A stretch of DNA of 64,000 bases, from positions 5,760,001 to 5,824,000 of the forward strand of contig OZ244999.1 in NCBI GenBank assembly GCA_965223265.1, given 5' to 3'. This DNA comes from Planctomycetota bacterium (GTDB taxonomy: Bacteria > Planctomycetota > UBA8108 > SXIK01). Within the stretch, counting starts at the first letter, position 1; each line of letters starts with the position of its first letter. The notes under the pieces are model-generated. The model worked only from the letters and a program-made list of their open reading frames with translations, did no database searches and had not been told where the DNA came from. The position numbers were made by a program, and so were the translations under genes. Below, piece by piece: positions 28,837 to 38,178 of this stretch.

Positions 28837-31800
28837 ATGAACTCACGACAACTGCTATCGCAACGTAGCGATTTCCGCCCACTGTTGATTGTTCTTTGCA
28901 TCGCGTTTCTTCCTGCGACCAAGGCGGCTCGCGCCGCCGATCTCCTAAACCTTCAAAAAGGCGACAGCATTTGCTACCTCGGCAACACACTCGCCGAACG
29001 CATGCAGCACGACGGCTGGCTCGAGACGCTGATCCAGAGTCGCTTTCCGCGCAAGGAACTGTCCTTCCGCAACTTGGGTTTCTCGGGCGACGAGTTCGCC
29101 CTCAGGCAGCGATCGGCCGGATTCGGATCGCCCCACGATCACCTGGAGCACAACCGCGCTGACGTCGTGTTTGCCTTCTTCGGCTACAACGAATCTTTCG
29201 CCGGCAAAAAAGGGATCAAGAAGTTCAAAGCTGACGTGGGCGAGTTCATTCAAAGAACTCTCGAACAGAAATACAACGGCGAAACCCCGCCGCGGTTGGT
29301 GATCTTTTCGCCCATCGCTCATGAGGATCTCCGCGATCCGAATCTGCCGTACGGACGCGACAACAACGCCCGTCTAAGGCTGTACTCGGAGGCAGCGGCA
29401 CAAGTGTGCGAAGCGCACGATGTAATCTTCGTAGACCTCTTCATGCCGACGCGAAAACTGTACGCCGAGACGGCGACAGCTCACACGATCAACGGGGTTC
29501 ACCTCAACGACTATGGAAATCGAAAGGTTGCGGAAATCATCGACACCGCCCTCTTCGGTCCTCGACCGCCTCACGATCAAGCGAAACTCACCCAGATTCG
29601 CGATGCGGTCCTCGACAAAAACTTTTACTGGTTCCAGCGCTACCGTGTCGTGGATGGCTACAACGTCTACGGTGGACGCTCACACCTCGAGTACAATGGG
29701 CAAACGAACCGTGTCGTCATGCAGCGCGAGATGGAGATCCTCGATGTCATGACAGCCAATCGCGATCGCCGCATCTGGGCAGTGGCGAACGGAATGGACT
29801 TCGAGGTCGACGACAGCAGCACACCCGAGTTTCTGCCCACGGAGACGAACAAGCCCGGTGACGGCCCTCGGGGGTCTCACGTCTACGTCGGCGGCGAAGA
29901 GGCGATCGCACTGATGACGCCAGCTGCGGGAATGAAAGTCAACTTTGTCGCGTCCGAGGCCGAGTTTCCCGATCTCGCCAATCCAGTCAATATGGCGTTT
30001 GACCCGAAGGGACGTCTCTTCGTCGCCTGCATGCCCTCCTACCCGCACTGGAAGCCAAAGGATCCTTTCAACGACAAGATCGTGATCCTCGAAGATCTCG
30101 ATGGCGATGGTCGCGCCGACCGCCTGAAGGTTTTCGCCGACAAGCTCCATGTTCCGACAGGCCTGGAGTTCTGGGGAGGCGGACTCTTCGTGGGCCAGCA
30201 ACCAGACTTGATGTTCTTGAAAGATACCGACGGGGATGACGTCGCTGACATCCGCCAGCGCGTGCTTCATGGGATCGACTCAGCCGACACCCACCACGCT
30301 CTCAACAGCTTCGTCCTTGACCCGGGCGGAGCCCTCTACTTCCAGGAGGGGATCTTTCACCACACCCAGGTCGAAACCGCTTGGAAGGCTCCCGCACGTT
30401 GCGTTAACGCTGGCGTCTTTCGCTACGAGCCCCGGACACAGAAGTTCGATGTCTTCGTCTCGTACGGCTTCGCGAATCCGCACGGTCACGCCATCGATCG
30501 CTGGGGCCAAAGCTTTGTGACAGACGGCACGAGTGCTAACACTTATTTCGCGGCGGCGTTTTCAGGGCACGTAGACTTTCCGCGCAAACATCCTCGCATG
30601 CGAACGGTGTACGATCGGCGTACCAGACCCTGCCCTGCCACAGAAATTCTCTCTAGCCGCCACTTTCCCGCGGCGAACCAAGGCAACTTTCTTGTCGCTA
30701 ATGTGATCGGCTTTCTCGGCATTCTGCAGTATGAGTTTGAGGACGCCGGCTCTGGCTTTGGCGCCAAAGAGGTCGACCCGATCGTCTTCTCGAGTGACCC
30801 TAGTTTCCGTCCAGCAGACCTGGAGATCGGTCCCGACGGGGCGATATGGTTCATCGACTGGCACAACGCGATCATCGGACACATGCAGCACCACCTCCGC
30901 GATCCGAGCCGCGACCACAAGCACGGTCGCGTCTACCGGGTGACCTACGAGGGAGGCGATTCGCTCAAACCGGTCGAGATCGACGCTGCACCAGTCCCCC
31001 ACCTGCTCGACATCCTCAAACAGCACGAGGATCGAGTGCGTCTACGCGCACGCATCGAGCTAAGCGACCGAAAGACGACGGAAGTCGTCGCGGCGTTGAC
31101 GAAGTGGATCGCCGCCCTCGACCAGAGCAACCCCGACTACGAACACCACCTGCTTGAAGCGCTTTGGCTTCACCAGAGCCACAACGTCGTTACGGTCGAG
31201 CTCCTCGAGCGACTCTTGAGCGCTAAGGACGCCCGCGCTCGAGCGGCTGCAACGCGCGTCCTATGCTACTGGCGAGACCGTGTCCCGGCCGTCCTCGACT
31301 ACCTGCGCCGGCTCGCGGTGGACCCACACCCCCGCGTGCGACTCGAGGCCGTGCGCGCTGCGAGCTTCTTTCGCGACGTCAGCGCGATCGAAGTGGCACT
31401 GACCTCACTGACGCTTCCGATGGACTACTATCTCGACTACACACTCGAAGAGACGCTGCGTACGCTCGATCCCTACTGGAAACACATGCTCGCCGAAGGC
31501 AAGCTGCCCGGAGGCACAGCCCTCGCCACACGTCATCTCATCTCACGGCTGAGCGTCGAAGAACTCATGGCTCTGAGGACGATGAGACCTCGCGACGTCT
31601 ACCTCGAGCTATTGACTCGGCCACAACTCCCGGCTGAACTACGCCTCGAAGGTAGCCGTGGCCTCGCCGCTCTGGACGAGACCTCCGAGACGAGTGCAAT
31701 CGTGCGCACGCTTCGGCAGCTCGAGTCTACCGATGCGGAGAGTAGCGCGCTGTACGATTTAGCGCACCTACTGACACAACGAGGCTCGACCGAACTCGCC

Positions 31801-33387
31801 GCGATCCGCCCGGAGTTGGTGTCACTAGCGACGGCGGCAACGCAACCGATTCTCCGCCAGATCGGCTTCGTGACACTTATGATAGCTGATGGCTCGGCAG
31901 ATCCTGCTTACGGAATCGCCGCTGCCAACGTGGAGCGCCTTGAGGACTTCGTCCGAGCTGTGCCACTCCTACCCGATGTCGACCTGCGCGCGACTCTCTA
32001 CAACAGACTGCAGCCACTGCTCCATGGCACTCCAGGCAACAAGGAACGCTCAGCTGAATCGATCGCGCAGCTACGTCGCGCCGCCATCACAGCAATCACC
32101 CACGTTCGCGGGAAGGAGACTGAGACGTTTAAAACCCTCGCGAGCTTCGTGCGCGAAGGGATTTCGCGCGCCGAGTCGATTCGTGCTGTCCGCCGCATCC
32201 CCAAGGCGTATTGGCCAGCCGAAGAGATTTCGCCTCTCGTCGAGAGCGTGATCGCATACACCGAACGGATTCCAGCTTCAGAGCGTACGACACCAAGCGC
32301 TATAGAAGCGCTGCAACTCGGCGAGGAGCTAGTCGCGCTTCTTCCACCCACCGACCGCGATCAGGTCAGAGCTCGCCTCGGCGATCTCAGCGTACGCGTG
32401 ATTCGTCTCGGAACACTGCCTCATCAGATGCTCTACGACCAAGAGACGCTCGTCGTCGAAGTAGGAGAGCAAGTCGAAATCGTGTTCGAAAACAGTGACA
32501 TCATGCCGCATAACCTCGTGCTCTCCGCGCCCGGATCGCTCGTCGAAATCGGCGAGGCCTCGGAGAAACTCGCAACTCGCCCCGATGCCCTCTCGCGCCA
32601 CTACGTCCCAAGGTCAAGGAAGATCATCGTCTCGAGCCGTCTACTCCAACCCGGCATGTCGCAAAAGCTCAGCTTCACGGCCCCGACCGACGTCGGCGTT
32701 TATCCGTATGTTTGCACGTTCCCGGGTCACTGGCGCCGCATGTTCGGCGCCCTTTTCGTCGTCGACGACATCGACAGCTATCTGGCGGATCCAGAGGAGT
32801 ATCTGATCGCGTCCGAGATCAAAGCGGTCGACCCTGCGCTCGAGTCGCGTCGGCCTCGCACCGAGTGGATCTTAGACGACTTCTCCGCGTCGCTCTCAGA
32901 ACTAGGACACGGTCGCAACTTCACGAACGGCAAGAAGATGTTCGAGGTGGCTGCGTGTGTCGGCTGCCATCGATTGAACGATGTCGGTGCCGAATTTGGA
33001 CCCGATCTCGCAAAACTCGACCCCATGCTGAAGCCACTCGACGTCCTACACGACATGATAGAACCGTCGCGAAAGATCCACGAGAAGTTCATCTCGCACA
33101 CGGTGGTCACCAGCGATGGTCAGGTGGTGACCGGCCTCGTAGTTGATGAATCACCCGCGGGTCTCAAAATCGTTGAAAATCCACTCGTCACAAATGCCGC
33201 GCGCGAAATCAATGTCGCAGACATCGCGGTGCGCGAACCGTCAACGATCTCGATAATGCCCAAGGGTCTTCTCAATAAGCTCACGCGCGAGGAAGTCCTG
33301 GACCTTTGGGCGTACGTGCTCGCAGGTGGCGATCAGAACCACAGCGCATTTCAGGGGCCGTGCGGCGTCAAGCCAAGTGAGCAGTGA
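28837..33387 (+). CDS. PVC-type heme-binding CxxCH protein (SGNH domain, beta-propeller, HEAT repeats, cupredoxin, cytochrome c)
   Basis: LGNTLAERMQ/FRNLGFSGD/GYNES/NGVHLN (SGNH); LANPVNMAFDPKGRL, FRPADLEIGPDGAIWFIDWHN; HPRVRLEAVRA (HEAT); MPHN..YVCTFPGHWRRM (type-1 Cu); ACVGCH, GPDL, SIMPKGL. The ORF can extend upstream to 28729. Confidence 0.92.
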   Translation: MNSRQLLSQRSDFRPLLIVLCIAFLPATKAARAADLLNLQKGDSICYLGNTLAERMQHDGWLETLIQSRFPRKELSFRNLGFSGDEFALRQRSAGFGSPHDHLEHNRADVVFAFFGYNESFAGKKGIKKFKADVGEFIQRTLEQKYNGETPPRLVIFSPIAHEDLRDPNLPYGRDNNARLRLYSEAAAQVCEAHDVIFVDLFMPTRKLYAETATAHTINGVHLNDYGNRKVAEIIDTALFGPRPPHDQAKLTQIRDAVLDKNFYWFQRYRVVDGYNVYGGRSHLEYNGQTNRVVMQREMEILDVMTANRDRRIWAVANGMDFEVDDSSTPEFLPTETNKPGDGPRGSHVYVGGEEAIALMTPAAGMKVNFVASEAEFPDLANPVNMAFDPKGRLFVACMPSYPHWKPKDPFNDKIVILEDLDGDGRADRLKVFADKLHVPTGLEFWGGGLFVGQQPDLMFLKDTDGDDVADIRQRVLHGIDSADTHHALNSFVLDPGGALYFQEGIFHHTQVETAWKAPARCVNAGVFRYEPRTQKFDVFVSYGFANPHGHAIDRWGQSFVTDGTSANTYFAAAFSGHVDFPRKHPRMRTVYDRRTRPCPATEILSSRHFPAANQGNFLVANVIGFLGILQYEFEDAGSGFGAKEVDPIVFSSDPSFRPADLEIGPDGAIWFIDWHNAIIGHMQHHLRDPSRDHKHGRVYRVTYEGGDSLKPVEIDAAPVPHLLDILKQHEDRVRLRARIELSDRKTTEVVAALTKWIAALDQSNPDYEHHLLEALWLHQSHNVVTVELLERLLSAKDARARAAATRVLCYWRDRVPAVLDYLRRLAVDPHPRVRLEAVRAASFFRDVSAIEVALTSLTLPMDYYLDYTLEETLRTLDPYWKHMLAEGKLPGGTALATRHLISRLSVEELMALRTMRPRDVYLELLTRPQLPAELRLEGSRGLAALDETSETSAIVRTLRQLESTDAESSALYDLAHLLTQRGSTELAAIRPELVSLATAATQPILRQIGFVTLMIADGSADPAYGIAAANVERLEDFVRAVPLLPDVDLRATLYNRLQPLLHGTPGNKERSAESIAQLRRAAITAITHVRGKETETFKTLASFVREGISRAESIRAVRRIPKAYWPAEEISPLVESVIAYTERIPASERTTPSAIEALQLGEELVALLPPTDRDQVRARLGDLSVRVIRLGTLPHQMLYDQETLVVEVGEQVEIVFENSDIMPHNLVLSAPGSLVEIGEASEKLATRPDALSRHYVPRSRKIIVSSRLLQPGMSQKLSFTAPTDVGVYPYVCTFPGHWRRMFGALFVVDDIDSYLADPEEYLIASEIKAVDPALESRRPRTEWILDDFSASLSELGHGRNFTNGKKMFEVAACVGCHRLNDVGAEFGPDLAKLDPMLKPLDVLHDMIEPSRKIHEKFISHTVVTSDGQVVTGLVVDESPAGLKIVENPLVTNAAREINVADIAVREPSTISIMPKGLLNKLTREEVLDLWAYVLAGGDQNHSAFQGPCGVKPSEQ

Positions 33388-33565
33388 TTCCCGCCAAGGC
33401 CGTAAAACTCGGCGGAACAGCCTCATCGAGCGAAAAGGTCATCGCTGAATTTCGTGCCCCTCACGATCAGACCGTTTTGCTTCCGGTAAAGCGGGCGCCA
33501 AGCCAGCCGAGACCCCGCATGCAATAATTGAGAGAGGTGAGAAGTCATCCGGAGGCGGGGTCTAA

Positions 33566-35545
33566 ATGTTTTACTTGACGATCTACCACGCTGGCGAAGT
33601 CGTCCATCGACGCATTCCTGTCGAAGGAATCGTCACGGTCGGTCGTGACCCCTCGAATGTTGTCGTACTTTCAGACGCCGGAATCTCGCGGCGTCACGCC
33701 GCGTTCGAAGCGTGCGCCGACGGCAACACCCTACTCGTCCGCGATCTCGGTAGCCGCAACGGCACATTCGTCGATGGGCGCCGAATCCAACGGCAAGAGG
33801 TTCGAGTAGGAGGGGAGATCGTTTTTGGCTCCTGGTTGGTCCGCGTCTGTCATGCCGAAAAGGAACCAACCCTCCCAGTTCGCGAGGACGACGATCACAC
33901 CGTCGTCTTCAGCGGCAACCCCTTTGCCGCCGAGGACTCCTCCACAAAACGAATGAAGCTTCTCTACGACCTGGCTCTCAACCTTGCCGACCTTGAAATC
34001 CCAGAAGTCCTAGAAACCTCGGCCGCGCTGATCCGTGAGTCTCTGGAGTTTGACACCCTTTGCATCTTCCTCGAGGGAAAGCGTCAACTTCTTCTGAGCA
34101 CCGCTTGGAACAAGGACGGCCCGTGCGGCACCAACGAGGTGCTGCTCAGTCGCTCCGTGTTGAACCACTGCCTCAAGACGAAAGAACCAGTGATCTCGGA
34201 GAAGCTAGCCGAAGACAGGAGATTCCGTGATGCACCGAGCGTCACGGTTCAAGGAGTCCAGTCGGCTGTCTGCGTGCCGATCCTCAGCGGCAGTCAAACT
34301 CTCGGCGCACTCTACTGCTGCACTTGCGACCCGATTCACGCCTACAGCGCAGAAGACCTTCAATTCCTCATGCTGATCGGGAGCCACGTTGGGTTCACCA
34401 TCAGCCAAAAGCGAATGATGGCAAACGTCGCATGGGAACACAAGAAACTGGACAAGGTGCTGCAGAACCTTCGTGACGGCATGCTTGTCTGCGACTCGTC
34501 GTTCCGTGTTCTCCTCGCGAACCGCGCGGCCGGCGCGATTCTTCTGACAGAAGAAGTCGTGGGGAAGGATCTGGCGGAGCTGCTTGCTCCTTTTGACCAC
34601 ACATTCGATTCGCGCCTCACCTGCGCTTCTGGATCGTTTTCTTTCGAGCGCCATACTCAGGACAGGGAAGCGACCCGAGAACTCAAGGCTTACCAAGCAT
34701 CGCTGAGCGCTATGCCGCGCCTGCAGTCGGAAGATAGCGCCTACAGCATTTGCATCCGAGACGTCTCTGAGACACGCCGAAACGAACAGCTCAAATCTCT
34801 TTTCGTGAGTCAGTTGACCCACAAGCTCGCCAGTCCACTGAACGCCATCAACGGCGCCTCTTCGTTGATCCGAAAGCGCCTCGGGCAAGCTGGTCTCGAC
34901 AAGAAATCAAGTGAGCTTCTCGACATGTGCCAAGAAGGCTGTCAGGACATGAAACGCATTGTCCATCGTTTCTCGGAACTCGCCGCGTTGAGCATCACGG
35001 GGAAACAGCGCCCGATCAGCGACAAAGGACTCCCACTGCTCGCGGCGGTCGAAGAGTCTCTGGCGCAAACCCGAGCGCAGGTTCTACAGTCGGGCCTGAC
35101 AGTCGAAGTCGACGACTCTCTGCGAAATCTTGCACTACGAGTCCATCGAGATTTGCTCACTGCCAGCTTTAGTCAGCTGATCCAGAACGCAGCGAAATTC
35201 GCCGGTCAGGACGCGACACTCAGCATCGGGGCGATTCTCGACGACAACGCTGTGAGCATTGCGTTCACAGACAACGGCCCTGGCGTTCCGGACGACAAAA
35301 TTGAGTCCGTGTTCGGTATCTTTCAGCAAATCGACAACGACGAAACTGGTCAGATTCCCGGCATAGGCCTGGGCCTTTGGTGGTCGCGTCATATGATTCG
35401 TAGTTACGGTGGTGAAGTCTCGATCGAATCGCCTCCAGAATCACACCCGTCCGGCACGAAGGTGCTCGTCATCCTACCTCGCCACCTGGCGACGGTGGCC
35501 CCAGCGGAGGTCTCCCTCGATACCGTTCAGCTCGAGTTTCCGTGA
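33566..35545 (+). CDS. FHA-GAF-PAS sensor histidine kinase
   Basis: FHA VGRD..ISRRHA..DLGSRNGTFVDG; GAF SAVCVPI..LGALY; PAS LRDGMLVCD..ANRAA; H-box THKLASPL; QLIQNAAKF, DNGPGV, FQQ, GIGLGL. Confidence 0.92.
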   Translation: MFYLTIYHAGEVVHRRIPVEGIVTVGRDPSNVVVLSDAGISRRHAAFEACADGNTLLVRDLGSRNGTFVDGRRIQRQEVRVGGEIVFGSWLVRVCHAEKEPTLPVREDDDHTVVFSGNPFAAEDSSTKRMKLLYDLALNLADLEIPEVLETSAALIRESLEFDTLCIFLEGKRQLLLSTAWNKDGPCGTNEVLLSRSVLNHCLKTKEPVISEKLAEDRRFRDAPSVTVQGVQSAVCVPILSGSQTLGALYCCTCDPIHAYSAEDLQFLMLIGSHVGFTISQKRMMANVAWEHKKLDKVLQNLRDGMLVCDSSFRVLLANRAAGAILLTEEVVGKDLAELLAPFDHTFDSRLTCASGSFSFERHTQDREATRELKAYQASLSAMPRLQSEDSAYSICIRDVSETRRNEQLKSLFVSQLTHKLASPLNAINGASSLIRKRLGQAGLDKKSSELLDMCQEGCQDMKRIVHRFSELAALSITGKQRPISDKGLPLLAAVEESLAQTRAQVLQSGLTVEVDDSLRNLALRVHRDLLTASFSQLIQNAAKFAGQDATLSIGAILDDNAVSIAFTDNGPGVPDDKIESVFGIFQQIDNDETGQIPGIGLGLWWSRHMIRSYGGEVSIESPPESHPSGTKVLVILPRHLATVAPAEVSLDTVQLEFP

Positions 35546-35817
35546 ACGGTGAGATCGCAGCTATTCTTCCCGTCAACGACGAACAAGACGGCACACGCAC
35601 ACGCCGACGTCGCATAGACTCCGATGAAGTCGTGATTGCTGGCGCGCACTCATCAGCGATGCTTCGTCTCGCCCCGCTCTTTTTCTTGACCGCCGTGAGT
35701 CTCCGCGATTCAGATGGTGTAGTCGTTCGCCGTTCCGTTCACTCGCGATTCGAAATCTGCGGCCGCTGAATTCGACGCAGACTCGAACGTCGCCCTCATT
35801 CAGAAAGGCGGTTGGCC

Positions 35818-36879
35818 ATGGGATCGATTCGACTCACCTGGTGGAATCTGCAGAATTTCTTCGACACCGACGATGACCCGATCTCCAAAGACTTCGAATA
35901 CACGGCAGCCAAAGGCTGGACTCAGGAGGTCTTCGAGGCCAAGAAGGCCAACCTCGCTGCGGCGCTGAGCGCCACTCATGGTGAAGCCGGCCCCGAGATA
36001 CTGGCCGTCGCGGAGATCGAAAAGGACGCCCTACTCGGCGAACTCATCGATGAGATGGGCAACCCCAACCTTAAGGTCGTTGAAGATGCTGCTGGTACGT
36101 CTGATCTCCGCGGCATCGACGTCGCCATGGCGATCGACACCCAGAAACTCCGGCTACTCTCCGTCGATTCCCATCTGGTACACCTGCGCTACCGGACGCG
36201 CGACATCTTGGAGGTAAAACTTGAAGTGAAAGAGACGGGCGAGCAGCTGGTCGTCATAGCGAGTCACTGGCCATCGCGTTCGCGCGGTCGGTACCGCAGC
36301 GAGCCCCTGCGCATTGCTGTCGCGGAGCACATCGCCTACCTCGTCGAAGCGCACGTTAAAGTCGAGCCGGAGGAGTACGAGAACCTACGTGACGGCGACG
36401 ATCTCGCAGCGGTCAGAGACGCGTGGGAGTCTAAAGTCATAGTCGTCGGCGATTTCAACGACGAGCCGGATGACCGCAGCGTCGTCGATCACCTGAAAGC
36501 GTCGAACGATCTCGATCGCGTCGTAGGAGCCACCAACGACATCGACGGCTTTGAGACCGAGACGGCAAGCTACCGCGCTCAAGACGTTTTTCTCTTCAAT
36601 GCGTCGTGGAAGTTTCTGCCAGTGCAGCAAGCTGGGACGTACTTCCTTGACTCTTTACGCAGCGGTGAGAGATTGACCAATCGCTACCAAATGCTCGACC
36701 AGCTGGTCGCCAGCCGGGGCTTGGTCAGTGGCAACGGCTTGACACTCGACATCGAGAGCGTCGAGATCTTTGACGACAAAATCGTGGCGACGCAGTCGAA
36801 GCGCCCGCGGGCGTTCAAAAAGAGCACCAAGAAAGGCACGAGTGATCACCTGCCTCTGAACGCGACGCTGAGCTTCTAA
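35818..36879 (+). CDS. Endonuclease/exonuclease/phosphatase family protein
   Basis: WWNLQNFFD, AVAEIE, RGIDVA, TRDIL, HWPSR, GDFNDEP, LDQLVAS, SDHLP. Confidence 0.92.
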   Translation: MGSIRLTWWNLQNFFDTDDDPISKDFEYTAAKGWTQEVFEAKKANLAAALSATHGEAGPEILAVAEIEKDALLGELIDEMGNPNLKVVEDAAGTSDLRGIDVAMAIDTQKLRLLSVDSHLVHLRYRTRDILEVKLEVKETGEQLVVIASHWPSRSRGRYRSEPLRIAVAEHIAYLVEAHVKVEPEEYENLRDGDDLAAVRDAWESKVIVVGDFNDEPDDRSVVDHLKASNDLDRVVGATNDIDGFETETASYRAQDVFLFNASWKFLPVQQAGTYFLDSLRSGERLTNRYQMLDQLVASRGLVSGNGLTLDIESVEIFDDKIVATQSKRPRAFKKSTKKGTSDHLPLNATLSF

Positions 36880-36934
36880 CGATCGGTCAGATCGCGATCT
36901 CGCGCGCAGCGGCTTGCTTCCCGCTGTCTCGTAC

Positions 36935-37735
36935 CTACATCACCGGCGGGTGTGCGTCGTCTTGAACGGCGCTGATCTCGTCGGTCGAAATCTTGTGGAC
37001 GCTCTTGGGGTTAAACGTCTGCTTCGTTCCAACGCGCAGAGCAACCTCGATGCGGCCGCCCGTGAGCACGAAGAACTGGATGAGAAAACCGCCGCCCTGC
37101 ATCGCTTCAAACTGAAACTCACCCGCAGCCATGTCAGCTACCCAACCGGCGGCGACGCGATCGAAATCCGCATTTGCACGAACCTCAGGTGGCAAAGCGG
37201 CGATGAGCGTCCCCGGATCCTCGCCGATCGCTGCAGCCATCTTGCGTCTTGTCTCGGCCATGAACGAGACGAGTCGTCCGGCGTACGTGAAATCGTCGTC
37301 AGCACCGCGCGGTGGCGGCACGATGCCCCAGGTCAAATGATGAATGAAAGGGTTACCGTACCCTTGACCGAGCATGTGATCGCGTGCCGGTTCATCGACT
37401 GGATGAACGATGGCGGCGTAATCGAACCAGCCATTCGCTCGCGCGGTGCTCTCTGACGGCAAGCGAGCCGAGACATTGATGTAATCGTGCCCGTCGACCG
37501 GCGATGGATAGCAGCGTGTGTCCCAACCGGTGAGGTAGCCACGACGCTTAAGCGGTCCCGCGACGAGATGCGGCGGATCGGTGAAGATGGCAGCGTGATC
37601 GAGGTTCGGCATGAGCGGAATGCCAGCCGCGACTGAGCGCTCAGCGACACGCCGCGCTTCCTCAAAACGCTGCGGTGCATTATCGATTTGAAGAAACTCG
37701 TCGAAGTCCGCCGGTAGGGAGACGTTCATCTGCAC
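36935..37735 (-). CDS. Hypothetical protein, probably a VOC/HPPD-like metalloenzyme
   Basis: Protein-like composition; LDHAAI, IHHLTW and FLIQFF..RIEVALR..F resemble the His/His/Glu motifs of VOC-fold enzymes. Confidence 0.7.
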   Translation of the reverse strand: MQMNVSLPADFDEFLQIDNAPQRFEEARRVAERSVAAGIPLMPNLDHAAIFTDPPHLVAGPLKRRGYLTGWDTRCYPSPVDGHDYINVSARLPSESTARANGWFDYAAIVHPVDEPARDHMLGQGYGNPFIHHLTWGIVPPPRGADDDFTYAGRLVSFMAETRRKMAAAIGEDPGTLIAALPPEVRANADFDRVAAGWVADMAAGEFQFEAMQGGGFLIQFFVLTGGRIEVALRVGTKQTFNPKSVHKISTDEISAVQDDAHPPVM

Positions 37736-38178
37736 GTGACTCGCTGAAGGATGGATCTACGCAGTCTGGGACGTTGACGGCAGAATAGCCGACAATGGAC
37801 GGCCTGACAACGCGAGAGCGACGAAGAGGCGAGGGCGGCGAAGCGGCGACCGCGCACTCCACCTCCGCCTCTGTCCCCGTTGCTGCAAAGAGAAACGCTT
37901 CTAGGGCATGAGAGACTGCGTGAGCTTGGGCGTAGCGTAGCAGGCACGCTCACCCCGTTGTCGACCCGAACGACAGCACTCGTGGCTAATGCCTTGCACG
38001 CATGCCCTCACGCTCACAAGACCGGACGGCACACGGCGTGTGCCTGCTACTTTGGACGGCCGCCCTTCGTTGACTTGGCTTCCTTTTGTTCAACTCTTCT
38101 TCTGATCTCTTGAAGTAGAGTCCCCCGGCCGATTCTGCTATCTTGTCCAAACGCCAAGACTCAAAAAGGGAGGGTCCG

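Noticed and set aside
36907-36926. Hairpin CAGCGG...CCGCTG between convergent genes
   Set aside because: Only a 6-bp stem with no U-tract, which is expected by chance at this GC content.
33566-37735. Nuclease, kinase and hypothetical gene trio as a defence system
   Set aside because: The EEP protein is a common standalone family, the genes are not in one operon, and there are no defence-island markers.
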